DNA of 64,000 nucleotides, from the IMG/VR virus record IMGVR_UViG_3300017917_002740, positions 1-64,000 of that record. The stretch is one strand, 5' to 3'. Below, piece after piece: positions 37,168 through 48,296 of this stretch (positions are counted from its first letter, which is position 1; each line of letters opens with the position of its first letter). Source of the DNA: a virus. The notes under the pieces were generated by a model, which searched no databases, was not told the DNA's origin, and saw only the letters and a program-made list of their open reading frames with translations. Made by a program: the position numbers and the translations under genes.

Positions 37168-39003
37168 TTAACCGTATGTTGCTAATTCGCCAAGCACAAT
37201 ATAACTGCCGCCAATATTTGAAATAGTAAACAGAACTACATCTCTCTTGCTGGCATTGCCTGTAGGTGGACTATTATCTTTCCACAATAATGTTTGTGCT
37301 GCTCCATCTATTTGTACAGCAGTTGGTACTCTTGGGGTAATATCTTGTACTATGATCAATCTAACTTGTGTAATAAATCCATCAGCAAGATTCATATTTG
37401 TGATGTTTACAGTGAAGTTTGCTGCAGGTGTTACATGTCTAAATGTGCTGCCTAACGCATAGTTATGAACAACCACACCAGTAGCTCCTGATAACGGAGT
37501 CACTGCAGATTGCACAGCTTTGCTTAACGTGTTTCCACCGACTGACAAATTATTTGTCACTGAAGCTGTAGTTGCATTTAAAACTGTTGCTGATAATCTT
37601 ACGGTAGTTAATAGATTATTAACAATAAGATCATTTTCTGCAATAGCATCTGATTCAAATCTTATTAACGGTGTGACAACTATTGCCGATGAATCAGCAC
37701 TATCGATTAAGTTAGTAAACACATTACCTGTTAGTGTTCCTGAAAATGCTCCACTAAATGTGCCTGCAGTCAATGTATTGCTATTGGGATTATAGGTTAA
37801 ATTTGTGTCAGTTCTTACATTCTCATTACCGGTTGCTGTATCAACAAAAGTGATAAAGTGTGCGGCATTAGTAGTATCAGTAGCAGTCAATGTCACAGTA
37901 CTGGCCACATTAGCAGTTCCGTTAAGGTTTCCTGTTACGTTGCCTATCACAGTTCCTGTAAATGTTCCTTGTACAACTTCTGCTGGAATTCTTCCACCAG
38001 GACCGTCAACTAACAATGTAGAATTATCTGCAAACACCGATCCTATGATATCTATTCTCTGATTAAGAGCAATAGTCATTGTGTCTGTTGATGGACTATT
38101 GGTTAAGATAATACCATAACCTTGAGTTATATTAAATGTATCAGCAGTATTATCTGATAAAATATCGTTGACTGACAAGTCACCAGTTATATGAAATCTT
38201 GTAAATGCTGTCTGGGGAGCTACACCTGAATTAAAAGAAACTTGTGCAATACCTGTTGCTACGTCTGTAGAAACTTGTATACCAAAACCAGCTTGAACAT
38301 CTATAATACCAGTATTGGTTATTCTTATATTATCACCAGTACCTGCGGTAATATTAATACCTGCGCCTGTAGATCTACCTGCTGGTAAAGTTGCTACGTT
38401 TTGTAAACTTCTAACACCAGTATTGGTAATGGTCAACGGATTAGTTCCAGATACACTTATACCAGAACCTGCACTGGCTGTGATAATACCAGTATTAGTA
38501 ACAATTATAGATTCTGCTCCGCTGTCAACATTTATGTTAATACCAGTGCCTGATGTAAATCCAAACGAATCGTTAAATTCTGTAGCAAGAATACTTTCAT
38601 CGTTGTCTATTTGTATACTATTGAACCAAGTTTTAGCAGGATCAATAATTAAATTGCCGTCTACTGTGGAATTAGCCGGTAAGTCTACAGTAAATCCAAT
38701 GCCTTTGACATGCGCCGATCCAAGATATAGACCGTTGGTATTGTTGCTTCCGGTCGTACTATATTCATTTAGAAACAGTGATTTCCATCGTCTGGTTCCT
38801 GTTTCTCCTAATGTATAGGTATTATCTGCAGCCGGACTTACATTAGTATCTAAAGTTGAAAAGTCAATAGGACTTAATCCGCTGCCATCGCCAACTGTGG
38901 CTACGAGGATGTCAAAGTTTTCATTAATCTTAATAAAAGCATCGTTGACATCACTCCATAGCAAGGGAGGACGACCTGGTGTAATATTTGAATTAAAAGA
39001 CAT
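37168..39003 (-). CDS. tail fibre-like structural protein
   Basis: AF.KINENF N-terminus; AG.GI....ITNTG repeats. Confidence 0.75.
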   Translation of the reverse strand: MSFNSNITPGRPPLLWSDVNDAFIKINENFDILVATVGDGSGLSPIDFSTLDTNVSPAADNTYTLGETGTRRWKSLFLNEYSTTGSNNTNGLYLGSAHVKGIGFTVDLPANSTVDGNLIIDPAKTWFNSIQIDNDESILATEFNDSFGFTSGTGININVDSGAESIIVTNTGIITASAGSGISVSGTNPLTITNTGVRSLQNVATLPAGRSTGAGINITAGTGDNIRITNTGIIDVQAGFGIQVSTDVATGIAQVSFNSGVAPQTAFTRFHITGDLSVNDILSDNTADTFNITQGYGIILTNSPSTDTMTIALNQRIDIIGSVFADNSTLLVDGPGGRIPAEVVQGTFTGTVIGNVTGNLNGTANVASTVTLTATDTTNAAHFITFVDTATGNENVRTDTNLTYNPNSNTLTAGTFSGAFSGTLTGNVFTNLIDSADSSAIVVTPLIRFESDAIAENDLIVNNLLTTVRLSATVLNATTASVTNNLSVGGNTLSKAVQSAVTPLSGATGVVVHNYALGSTFRHVTPAANFTVNITNMNLADGFITQVRLIIVQDITPRVPTAVQIDGAAQTLLWKDNSPPTGNASKRDVVLFTISNIGGSYIVLGELATYG

Positions 39004-42000
39004 TATGTTCTCCCTACAGCAATTTCAATTGTACCAATATGATCCGAATCATATGTTTGCAGTGCTTTACCTACTACTGTACCTACCGCAGCATTTGATC
39101 CTGCCGATACAGCAACTCCAGGTATATTAGAAGTCACTAACAAATCTCCTTTTTGTATTTTACCAACTACACGACATGGTACACGTCCTTGTAATGCTAC
39201 AAGATTCTTGTGTCCTGGGCATGCATCGTACATTACAAACGCAGCAGTATTAGAAACAACTCCTGCTACTCTTGTATCATGATGCTTGTTAGATATAGTA
39301 ACTTCTTTATCGCCGCCGAATACAAGAACTGTACCAACTTCATATTCTTTATCGCCTTCGTAGTACTCTGCAAGGTCTGCTGAATATGTAGCTTGTAATC
39401 TTGATTCGTTAGGCGAAGTTCCAGTTAGTGTCCAACGTCCTGTAATTGTACCAGCAGTAGTATTACCGCCTGTGGTAATAGCAGTTACTTGAATTTGTGA
39501 AGCAGTTACTGGTGCAAGGCTCAGACCATTTTGTGTTCTAAACTGGTGAGCATCATTGTCGTAGTATGTGATTTTATCAGCAGCCAACGAACCATTACTT
39601 ACAAGTACTCCGCCGCCACCGTTCCAACCGTAGTATCTAATAACTCCACCTGTGGCTGTGGTTGTGCTATCTACAGAAATATTGTTATCGACTTTTAATT
39701 GTGATACATCAACTACTCTTGCACCAAAGTCACCATTGCTATCTCTTATAACAATTTTGCTGGCTTCTGGAGCAGCAGCAGTACCTGCAGCAGCTTCTAC
39801 CACAGTGTAGTCGCCGTCTGAACTAAAGCTACCTGAGCTTGTTCTTCTTAAGAAACCTGTAGTTGAATATTGATTCTTTTTAATGGCGCCGCCATCGTCG
39901 ACCACTGTGGTAAATGCCACTGCTGTAACGTTGGCTGTACCAAGAGTTGAATTTCCTAAAACAGTCTTAGTTGCAATTTGTGGCAAGTCAGGTAATACAA
40001 GACCGTTAGGCTTGACAGTGACCCATCCGTCAGTGACATCAAATACCGAGCTGTCAAAGCTGGCTAATCCTCTGTCTGCTTGTGTAATTCCAGTAGCATT
40101 AGCACGAGTTGTTGCAGCATTCATAGCCAACTTACTTTGTGCAATGGCCGCACTGGCATTAACGTCGGCATTGATAATTACGCCTGGATTAATTTGAGCA
40201 TCTATTTGATTCAGGGTTGAATCAACACCTGGTCGTAGATCAAAAGTTAAGTCTCCGACAACAGTAGCATTTACAGAACTGTTTCCAGATCCAGTAAACA
40301 CTAATATATCAGCGGAATCAAGATTAGTACCAGTAAAGTTCTGGAAGTTAGCCCAAGTTAAACTTCTTAGATTAACAGCATCTTGAGGATTAGTTGGATT
40401 AGTTAGGTTAATGATCTTATTGTTATTAAGATTCATATTATTCTTCATACCCAACTGTCCGTCGAGTGCCATATATCCGCCTGTGTTTACAGGTATCAAT
40501 TGACTGTCAACTACTGGTGCACCGTCGTGTGTTAGACCTAATCTACGTTCGATATAGATACGTGCAGCATTTTCTGTTGGAACAGTGTCTGTGGCGTTGT
40601 CTGTAAAACCAGAGTCTGTTGAGAACTCAGATACAGGTACGCCTCGTTTAAATCCAATACCGTCAAGGTTACTTAAAGCAATACTTGATGAGAATGTAAC
40701 AGTACCAGTACCTTGGTCAACTTTAAAGTATGGGCCTACTCTGAAGTTACCAAATTGGTCAGTAGTTACATAGAAGCAACGACCAACATCTCGTTCTTCA
40801 GTTTCGAAATCTTCGTTAACAGGGTTAACTGATTGACCATAAATTTCTTTTGGATAGTTTGTATCTGCATACGAACCTGTACCGATTTCTAATAAGTCAT
40901 GTGATGTTACACGAGTTAGAGAAATACGAATAGTTAAAGTTCCTAAAGAACCAGTAGTTCTAATAGCAACTGCGGCTTTGGCAGTATATGAAGAACCATA
41001 TTGTATGATACTATCAACTAAAGGTCTATTTAAAGTTACCCTGGCATAAGGTTCATTTGTAACAGTTTCTGGTTCATAGGTTGAAACAATATATTCTTCG
41101 CCCTTGAATACAAGTTTTGATCCAGCTACTCTGCTAATTTCTTGCGTAGCTACTGGTACCACGGCAAACGCACTGTCTCCTGCACGACCAGTAACCAATC
41201 CAACTCTGTGAGTTCCGCTTTGTGTACCTGTGGTATCAGCAGCAAGCCCGCCTGGTGTTAAACTAACTCTAAAGGAGTTTAGACCAAGACCTGCAGCAAG
41301 AACAAAGTAATTGTTGGAAGGATTAATTCCGGAAGGCAAATTACCATCTGTGGTAAATTTAACAACGTCACCTGCTGAAAATCCGTGGCTGGATAAAGTT
41401 ATCACGGCAGGAGATGCTATACTAATGGTACAGACAGCTCCGCTGGTTACAAATTCTCCAGGTTGCCAAATGGTTAATTCAACATAGTTATAATTCTCTC
41501 TTAAATTAGTTTTGGTTAAACCATACATGTTAAACGTATGTGTTCCGGACCCTGCTGTAGTTGTATTAAGAGGATTTCCAAATCGTGTTGCAGAAATTGA
41601 AAATTCTGTTTCTGTTAATGCTGTTGAAGCAACATAATATATTTCACCTGGTAATATAGGATTTGGTAAACTGCCAGTAGTTGAGAAAATTAGTGTGTAA
41701 TTTTCTAACATACGATGTGTTCGAGCACCCTTTATAGTTAGACCTGTTCCGTTGGTCAGTGTAACAGTACTACCACCTGGACTCAAGGCAACTGTAAATT
41801 GATTATACTTAGGAACTGTCTTAATATAATAAATTGTTCCCGCAGTAAATCCGTTGGCTGTCGAAGTAGGTATAAACTGATCGCCTATTCTTAATTTGTG
41901 ATTGCGAGAGGTTGTACAAACATCAGTATTAATAGTTGTTACAGTTTCTAATATTCTGATACTTACTGGCGAACTATTTGAAATGCTGATCTCGTAAGGA

Positions 42001-45000
42001 CCGTTTGAATCTGTGTAAGCAGCAAATTGTAAAACACGATAAACAGTATCACTGGTTTCACGAAGTTTTAAACCGGTCGATGGTCTTACCGCAACGTTGA
42101 CAAGATTACCAGTTAATAAAATTTGTCCATTATTACGTAAGGTCATCTTAGTACCGTCTGGTACTGCTGCATATAATCCTTCAGTTCCGCCACCTGTTCC
42201 TGTTGACAGATTAAGTCTGGACACACCTGGCGGCAAGTCTACAGTGGTAGCCGATACCACTGGATATCTAAACACAATGTTTCCATGATCAATTTCAAGT
42301 TCTGAATTTGACAATGGTTCATAGTCGTAGTTTGTTACAAAAATAAACAGACCACCGATAACGTTTGCATAAGTTGGACTTGGGAAATAGCAGTCCACTC
42401 GCTGAGACATATCCTCAAATAATGTAGTAGGTGTTGGAACTTCTAATGGATCAGCACCTTCAGCAACCAACGCATAGACACCGTGAGCACTTGATCCTCC
42501 CACAGAACGTATTTGACCACCTGTTACAGAGTAGTAAGAAATGTAACAGTAATATGTGAACATAGACACAAGTTCTAATAGTCCGCCGTTCATAGCAATT
42601 GCGCCATAGCCCATGTCGTTGATCTGTGTAAAGTCGTTGGCTAACATAGATCTATTACCAGGCATTAACAATTCATATTGATTACCTGTTTCGTTAACAA
42701 AATCAATAACTGATGTTTGTATTGAACTCTTAGAACTGGCTATTGATATTCTTGCATTTACGTTTGTTGTATTATAGGCATAGGCTCCTATATCTGGCAG
42801 AACTTCGACTATAGAACTTTGTGCAGTAGCAAAATTATTAACACTGATTGCATTAGATATAGGTGTCATCAATGATGCAATTCTTGTGGCCTCTGTGGCA
42901 GTTGCTGGAGTACCTGTTGTTCTTGTCAATGTAGAGTACACAACCACTGGAGCAAGATTCTGTATAATTCTTTGTGCTATGGTGCTGGCATAACTAATTG
43001 CAGATGCACATCGCGCTGGTTGACCTGCAGCCAACAAAGATACACCAGTTAGGTTATTATAATATTTTAAAGCTGCCCTTCTTGTGGCAGTGTTACCGCC
43101 ATAGATCAAGTCATAGATTACAGCTTCAATAACATACAATGTGTCTCTTTGAGATTTAGAAACGTTAAAGGTGTCACCAGTTGCCCAAGGTGCTATATTT
43201 CCAGCTATCTGTGCTTGTATCCAACCGTTTACTTCTGCTACGATATAATTTCTGTTGGCCAACAACAATGTATAAGCGTTGGTTAAATTAGTCGAAAGTC
43301 CTGGAGGTAACGTATAAGTTAATGACGGAGCACCTGTAACACCTCTTTCGATAATGTCAACAATTGTCGAAGAACTTAAATCTACAATCTGTTGAACTGT
43401 GGTGTAAGCAGGAATAGTAGCTTTGGCCAGATCATGAGCTAACTCGATTGCATCAATAGTAATCTGTCTTTGATCTTGCAATACCACTTCGGCATTAGAA
43501 AGACGATAAGTTAATCCAGACAGTCTTGTATTGTAGTTTGTTCCGAATACAATGTCATACCCAAGACCGTCTATAATTAATCCTACGTCTCGAGAACATG
43601 CAGCCGAATCGTAAACAAATACATCGTAAGGCCATGGTGTTGATTCATCTAAGATAAATGTAGCACTGGATCCTGCTGGACTATACACAAAATCTCGAAC
43701 ATAGTTGATTCGATATACAGAGTCAGCAACAATAAAAGAACAAGGCAGTTGCGGGAATCTTGACAGTCTTGAAACTTCTAATCTTGTAGGAGTATCAACA
43801 ACATCAATAGTAAATTGTAAGTTTCCAGCAAATCCGTCTGCGAACATACCGCCCGCAAAAGTCTGTCTATCTATAGATCTCGAAAAGCTGGCACACTCCT
43901 GAGCATAGGGCGACTTGGCAAGAATTTGACCCTCTGGATCAAGTACGCACATGAAGCCGCCGTGGCCCTGTGCAGTAATAGCCTGCCAACGAACTGCGTC
44001 GTTAGCAAGGAAAACGTCCATTTGATTATTTTCTTTAGGATAGTTTACAGATCCTGATCCATCTATAACATCTTTCAGTGCATCGACTAAGTCTGCAATT
44101 ACTGAGCCGCTTCCAAGTTCAGCCTGGAATGCTTGATCAATAACTTGATTAACTAATGTCTGTCTTACAGGAGTATATGCAGTATTATTAATAATGGCCT
44201 GCATTAACAAATTCATTTGAGTTAACACAGCCAAATATTGTGTCAACTGAGCTGTAATGGCTATTAAAGCACTTTGGCTTTCGTAGTACTTTAGTCCTGC
44301 AGATATAGTTCTATTTTGTCCACCATACTTAAGATCAAATGCAAATGCGTCAACTAAAAGACCTGCATCTCTTTTACATAAAGTTACATCATAATCAAAA
44401 GAAGTGTTAAACGGAGTAATATTGTTTACAATGTTGAAATTCATCCAAGCAATAATTTCTTCTTGAATAAATGTTCTGTTCAATTCTAATAAGGCTGCTG
44501 CAGACTTATAGTCGCCTTTGTTGTCAATAGGCAGTCCAGTTGATGGTTTAACATAAACTGGTCTTGAGCTGTCTTGTAGATAATGATATCCGAATTCTCT
44601 GTCAGCTACCGTTAGGCCGTCGATGACAAGATCTCTACGGAATTTTGTAAATGCCCAAGGGCTTGATGATGTACCGTTCTTTGGTCTAAAAATAACACGG
44701 CGGAATTCGTCACCAACAATAGATACGTTTTGTGGAACTTTTAATGGATAATTTTCGTAGTATTCGCCGCTTTCTACTAAAACTGTAATTTGGACATTCT
44801 TTGTAACATCACCATAGGAAATAGTTTCTCCGACTTGGAAGTTACCGTACTTGATGTCAACATCAAATAATTCGTTACCACCGCTATCTAAACTTCCGTT
44901 GTGATTCAAAATTTGAGCCAATGCTCCAGAAGTATTTCCTTTTAAGAATAAACCTTCTCTGAGATCTCTGGTTCTCACAGCTTCTATGGTTGACGTAGTA

Positions 45001-46469
45001 ACATCGCCAGTGAAGTCTGTTCTAAAGCCTGCAGTGAAAATAGCAAATCGAGGAAGGTCAACGTTTAGTGTTGGTAGAGAAGTAAAGCCTGATCCTTTGT
45101 CAGTGATAGTGATACTGATAATCTGACCGCTGTTAACCACCGCAGTACCAAATGCTCCTGTACCGCCACCTCCTGAAATTCTTACAGATACTAAACCGTA
45201 TCCTGTACCTCTACCATCTACTCCATCTTCTGCAATGGTTTTAATTCTTACGCTGTTAACTCTGTAGGTTACATCGAATCGAGCACCAAATCCTATAGGA
45301 CCTGCTCCAATAGGAGATGCTGTAATAATACTAACTGGCACATTGTTTGAACCAGGTAGCACACTATATGCACCAGAACTAACAATTCTAAATGTTAAAA
45401 TTTGTCCAGGAGTTGTAGAAGTTGTTAAAACTTCAATGCTACATTTTCCGCCACCGGATGAAATTGTTCCGCCTACTAATTCTAATACATCACCTGGATA
45501 GTAGTTAGCACCTGGGTTGGCCAAATCTAATTCTACAGTATCCACGCTCATACTGAGAACACCTTGGAAACCAGAACCCGAAGCAGGTGCTGGAGTAATA
45601 GAAGTCAGTGTACACTCAGCTTGTCCGTTATTGTATGTTAGTGTTTTTCTATATGGACCGATATCCTGAGGAGCTTCTAAAATTATTTCTTCTGCACGTT
45701 TGAGTGCAGCTTCTAATGTTCTATACGCATATGCTAATGCACGACCCTGGAATGCTTTAGATACACCAGGTCTATCATCTTGACCCGATGTTGCAACATA
45801 TAAGTTTGCAACAGATCCAAACGCAGCATTGTCGACGTATCTTTTTGTAGCAGCAATTAAACCGCCATAAACTTCGTCGTCATCTGGCTCTGGATCTCTG
45901 GATAAAATCAATGGACCGCCCATACGACCAAATGCTGAATTAACATTACCTGTTTCTGGGTCTATGGCATTTACACCCTGTAAAGAAACTTTGCCATCTG
46001 CATAGGCTTTGTTTACAGCTTCGTGTTTAAAAATGGGCTGTAAAGGAGTTCCAGTAGTTCCGAGATCTAATACTCTATATTGATTTCCACCCGAACGAGC
46101 AGAAAGATTTCCACCTAATTGTGGACTGCTGTCAGCTGAAATTTCTGCGAAATCAGCGTTGATGGTAATTTCATTGGGGTTGGAAGCAAAATCAAGGCTA
46201 ATACCATTACCAGGTCTTAGCTGTTTAAATGTTAATCCCGATTCGGTATTGTTAACAGTAACGACAGGAGTTGCATTAGTTACGCTATCGTTTTGTCCTA
46301 CATAACTTGGGGGAGTATCGTCTAACGCTATAAAAGTTAATCTTTCTCCAAGACCCAAGGAACTATATAGTTCACGGAAATTATCGTTAACCTTACGAAA
46401 GGAATCACGTATACTATCACCAGTGCCGTCATTACCAACTGCACCGATATCAATAATCTTTCTTGCCAT
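39003..46469 (-). CDS. very large virion structural protein (2488 aa; tail fibre/baseplate)
   Basis: gp9/10-like N-terminus; C.RD.GL..D helical repeats; C-terminal ADLAEYY...VALQGRVPC domain; late box at 46501-46506. Confidence 0.8.
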   Translation of the reverse strand: MARKIIDIGAVGNDGTGDSIRDSFRKVNDNFRELYSSLGLGERLTFIALDDTPPSYVGQNDSVTNATPVVTVNNTESGLTFKQLRPGNGISLDFASNPNEITINADFAEISADSSPQLGGNLSARSGGNQYRVLDLGTTGTPLQPIFKHEAVNKAYADGKVSLQGVNAIDPETGNVNSAFGRMGGPLILSRDPEPDDDEVYGGLIAATKRYVDNAAFGSVANLYVATSGQDDRPGVSKAFQGRALAYAYRTLEAALKRAEEIILEAPQDIGPYRKTLTYNNGQAECTLTSITPAPASGSGFQGVLSMSVDTVELDLANPGANYYPGDVLELVGGTISSGGGKCSIEVLTTSTTPGQILTFRIVSSGAYSVLPGSNNVPVSIITASPIGAGPIGFGARFDVTYRVNSVRIKTIAEDGVDGRGTGYGLVSVRISGGGGTGAFGTAVVNSGQIISITITDKGSGFTSLPTLNVDLPRFAIFTAGFRTDFTGDVTTSTIEAVRTRDLREGLFLKGNTSGALAQILNHNGSLDSGGNELFDVDIKYGNFQVGETISYGDVTKNVQITVLVESGEYYENYPLKVPQNVSIVGDEFRRVIFRPKNGTSSSPWAFTKFRRDLVIDGLTVADREFGYHYLQDSSRPVYVKPSTGLPIDNKGDYKSAAALLELNRTFIQEEIIAWMNFNIVNNITPFNTSFDYDVTLCKRDAGLLVDAFAFDLKYGGQNRTISAGLKYYESQSALIAITAQLTQYLAVLTQMNLLMQAIINNTAYTPVRQTLVNQVIDQAFQAELGSGSVIADLVDALKDVIDGSGSVNYPKENNQMDVFLANDAVRWQAITAQGHGGFMCVLDPEGQILAKSPYAQECASFSRSIDRQTFAGGMFADGFAGNLQFTIDVVDTPTRLEVSRLSRFPQLPCSFIVADSVYRINYVRDFVYSPAGSSATFILDESTPWPYDVFVYDSAACSRDVGLIIDGLGYDIVFGTNYNTRLSGLTYRLSNAEVVLQDQRQITIDAIELAHDLAKATIPAYTTVQQIVDLSSSTIVDIIERGVTGAPSLTYTLPPGLSTNLTNAYTLLLANRNYIVAEVNGWIQAQIAGNIAPWATGDTFNVSKSQRDTLYVIEAVIYDLIYGGNTATRRAALKYYNNLTGVSLLAAGQPARCASAISYASTIAQRIIQNLAPVVVYSTLTRTTGTPATATEATRIASLMTPISNAISVNNFATAQSSIVEVLPDIGAYAYNTTNVNARISIASSKSSIQTSVIDFVNETGNQYELLMPGNRSMLANDFTQINDMGYGAIAMNGGLLELVSMFTYYCYISYYSVTGGQIRSVGGSSAHGVYALVAEGADPLEVPTPTTLFEDMSQRVDCYFPSPTYANVIGGLFIFVTNYDYEPLSNSELEIDHGNIVFRYPVVSATTVDLPPGVSRLNLSTGTGGGTEGLYAAVPDGTKMTLRNNGQILLTGNLVNVAVRPSTGLKLRETSDTVYRVLQFAAYTDSNGPYEISISNSSPVSIRILETVTTINTDVCTTSRNHKLRIGDQFIPTSTANGFTAGTIYYIKTVPKYNQFTVALSPGGSTVTLTNGTGLTIKGARTHRMLENYTLIFSTTGSLPNPILPGEIYYVASTALTETEFSISATRFGNPLNTTTAGSGTHTFNMYGLTKTNLRENYNYVELTIWQPGEFVTSGAVCTISIASPAVITLSSHGFSAGDVVKFTTDGNLPSGINPSNNYFVLAAGLGLNSFRVSLTPGGLAADTTGTQSGTHRVGLVTGRAGDSAFAVVPVATQEISRVAGSKLVFKGEEYIVSTYEPETVTNEPYARVTLNRPLVDSIIQYGSSYTAKAAVAIRTTGSLGTLTIRISLTRVTSHDLLEIGTGSYADTNYPKEIYGQSVNPVNEDFETEERDVGRCFYVTTDQFGNFRVGPYFKVDQGTGTVTFSSSIALSNLDGIGFKRGVPVSEFSTDSGFTDNATDTVPTENAARIYIERRLGLTHDGAPVVDSQLIPVNTGGYMALDGQLGMKNNMNLNNNKIINLTNPTNPQDAVNLRSLTWANFQNFTGTNLDSADILVFTGSGNSSVNATVVGDLTFDLRPGVDSTLNQIDAQINPGVIINADVNASAAIAQSKLAMNAATTRANATGITQADRGLASFDSSVFDVTDGWVTVKPNGLVLPDLPQIATKTVLGNSTLGTANVTAVAFTTVVDDGGAIKKNQYSTTGFLRRTSSGSFSSDGDYTVVEAAAGTAAAPEASKIVIRDSNGDFGARVVDVSQLKVDNNISVDSTTTATGGVIRYYGWNGGGGVLVSNGSLAADKITYYDNDAHQFRTQNGLSLAPVTASQIQVTAITTGGNTTAGTITGRWTLTGTSPNESRLQATYSADLAEYYEGDKEYEVGTVLVFGGDKEVTISNKHHDTRVAGVVSNTAAFVMYDACPGHKNLVALQGRVPCRVVGKIQKGDLLVTSNIPGVAVSAGSNAAVGTVVGKALQTYDSDHIGTIEIAVGRT

Positions 46470-46541
46470 ATTATAATCCCAGAATGAGCAAATGCTCTAA
46501 TATTTAGCCCAATATTTTAAAAGCCGAATGTAAATAAATGT

Positions 46542-46829
46542 ATGTTCTTAAAGATAGAAATTCAAGAAAATCAATATACAAGACGCAGTAAATGCGGTGT
46601 TGAACACAATTTTGTTAGAACAAAAACTGTGGCTGTTCTTCGTTGTGATAATTGCGATGAAACTTTTTATAGAGATCTAAAACATATGGATCGTAAGAGA
46701 CTCAGCAACAATTATTTTCATTGTTGTAAAAATTGTGATCCTAAGAAATTTGCTCAACGTAAAGGAGTTGAGCAGAAAAAAATATGGGATATGCCTGCCA
46801 GCGTAGAGCTACCAGTTTCTAAATTCTAA
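46542..46829 (+). CDS. small Zn-finger protein
   Basis: CDNC...HCCKNC; late box 5 nt upstream. Confidence 0.65.
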   Translation: MFLKIEIQENQYTRRSKCGVEHNFVRTKTVAVLRCDNCDETFYRDLKHMDRKRLSNNYFHCCKNCDPKKFAQRKGVEQKKIWDMPASVELPVSKF

Positions 46830-47145
46830 AACTTTCCCCGCAGCCGCAACGGTCTTTTTCAGCAGAATTACGAAATTCAAACCCTTCGTTTAGACCTTGC
46901 TTAACATAATCTATTTCTAATTCGTTGAAATAAGCCAAGTGTTTTTGATTGATATAAACACAGAAATTTTCAAATAATTTAGTATATCCGGGGTCAAGAT
47001 TAGTTAAATCATCGAGGTATTCAAGAGTATAAGCCAAACCAGAGCAGCCTGTAGTTCGTACGCCAATAGAGATTCCTTTACCTTTGCCTCTTCGAGACAA
47101 CTGTTCTTGAATTTTTTTAGCTGCTGTGCTTGTTACGGTAATCAT
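46819..47145 (-). CDS. iscA: Fe-S cluster assembly protein IscA
   Basis: TTGCSGLAY and CGCGESF. Confidence 0.9.
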   Translation of the reverse strand: MITVTSTAAKKIQEQLSRRGKGKGISIGVRTTGCSGLAYTLEYLDDLTNLDPGYTKLFENFCVYINQKHLAYFNELEIDYVKQGLNEGFEFRNSAEKDRCGCGESFRI

Positions 47146-47503
47146 TTACTGCTGCTTTAATAGCGTCTTCTGCAAGGATAGAGCAATGAATTTTAACTGG
47201 CGGCAGTGCTAACTCTTCTGCGATTGCTGAGTTTTTGATGGTTTCTGCTTGATCAAGAGTTTTTCCTTTGAGCCACTCTGTGACAAGACTTGAGCTGGCG
47301 ATTGCCGAGCCGCAGCCATACGTTTTAAATTTCGCATCTGTAATAATACCTGTAGCATCGTCCACCTTTATTTGTAGTTTCATAACATCACCGCAGGCAG
47401 GAGCTCCTACCATTCCTGTGCCTACAGAATCGTCGCCCTTGTCAAAACTGCCAACATTGCGAGGATTTTCATAATGATCAATAACTTTATCGCTATAAGC
47501 CAT
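47117..47503 (-). CDS. iscU: Fe-S scaffold IscU
   Basis: HYENPRNVG, GAPACGDVM, GCGSAIAS, LPPVKIHCS. Confidence 0.97.
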   Translation of the reverse strand: MAYSDKVIDHYENPRNVGSFDKGDDSVGTGMVGAPACGDVMKLQIKVDDATGIITDAKFKTYGCGSAIASSSLVTEWLKGKTLDQAETIKNSAIAEELALPPVKIHCSILAEDAIKAAVNDYRNKHSS

Positions 47504-47504
47504 A

Positions 47505-48062
47505 TTATACTCCTAATCTAATGTCAACAACTTCCCAATTAATAATGCGCCAAATGTTTGCAAGATATTTGGCCTTGTCCTGTTGATAGTCTAAAGCCCA
47601 AGCGTGTTCCCAGGCATCAATTAACAGAGCAATTTTCATAGTCTTTTTGTATTCGTGATTGTGTATGGTATGTAAGTTTCCGTCGGTATCCATGTAGATC
47701 CAGTTAGATCCTTGTGCAGCCATAAACTCTTTTTCTACAGCTTCTTTGAATTTATCAAAGCTGCCATACTTATCGTCTATTAAAGATTTACTGAGCCCCT
47801 CGGGTTTATTGGCAGCTCTGGGCGGGGTCAAGTTTGCAAAGAAGATATTATGTAGCACTGCACCGCCGTAATTAAAATCAGGATCTCCTTCGCCTTTATT
47901 ATAGCGTTCCGAATATTTGGCAGCCAGCCCATCGTAATGATACTTGATAGTATCTTCACTCATTACAGGCGCAAGTTCATCTTTACCAAATTTTAGTTTA
48001 TCTTGGTAAATTTCACGTTTGTCTACGGATTCGGTCAAACTTTTAATAAAATGTAAGGTCAT
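47505..48062 (-). CDS. sod: Fe/Mn superoxide dismutase
   Basis: LAPVMSEDT..YH, LHNIFF, DAWEHA (four metal ligands present). Confidence 0.88.
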   Translation of the reverse strand: MTLHFIKSLTESVDKREIYQDKLKFGKDELAPVMSEDTIKYHYDGLAAKYSERYNKGEGDPDFNYGGAVLHNIFFANLTPPRAANKPEGLSKSLIDDKYGSFDKFKEAVEKEFMAAQGSNWIYMDTDGNLHTIHNHEYKKTMKIALLIDAWEHAWALDYQQDKAKYLANIWRIINWEVVDIRLGV

Positions 48063-48101
48063 ACCGTTATTTATTGTAAATAAAGCACAGGAGGATTTAT
48101 C

Positions 48102-48296
48102 ATGTTTGGATTTTTAAAAAAGCTATTTGGTTCTGCCGATCTTAACAAAGACGGTAAAGTAGATGCCGCTGATGCTAAAGTTGCGGTTGAAGCTGTTAAA
48201 ACTGAAGCTAAAGAAGTAGTTGCTAAAACTAAAACTACTGTTAAGAAAGCAGCCAACAAAGCTAAATCACAGCGTAAGCCAAAATCAAAGGCCTAA
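48102..48296 (+). CDS. small basic protein with EF-hand-like loop
   Basis: DLNKDGKVDAAD; AGGAGG SD; late box at 48077-48082; amphipathic MFGFLKKLFG. Confidence 0.7.
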   Translation: MFGFLKKLFGSADLNKDGKVDAADAKVAVEAVKTEAKEVVAKTKTTVKKAANKAKSQRKPKSKA

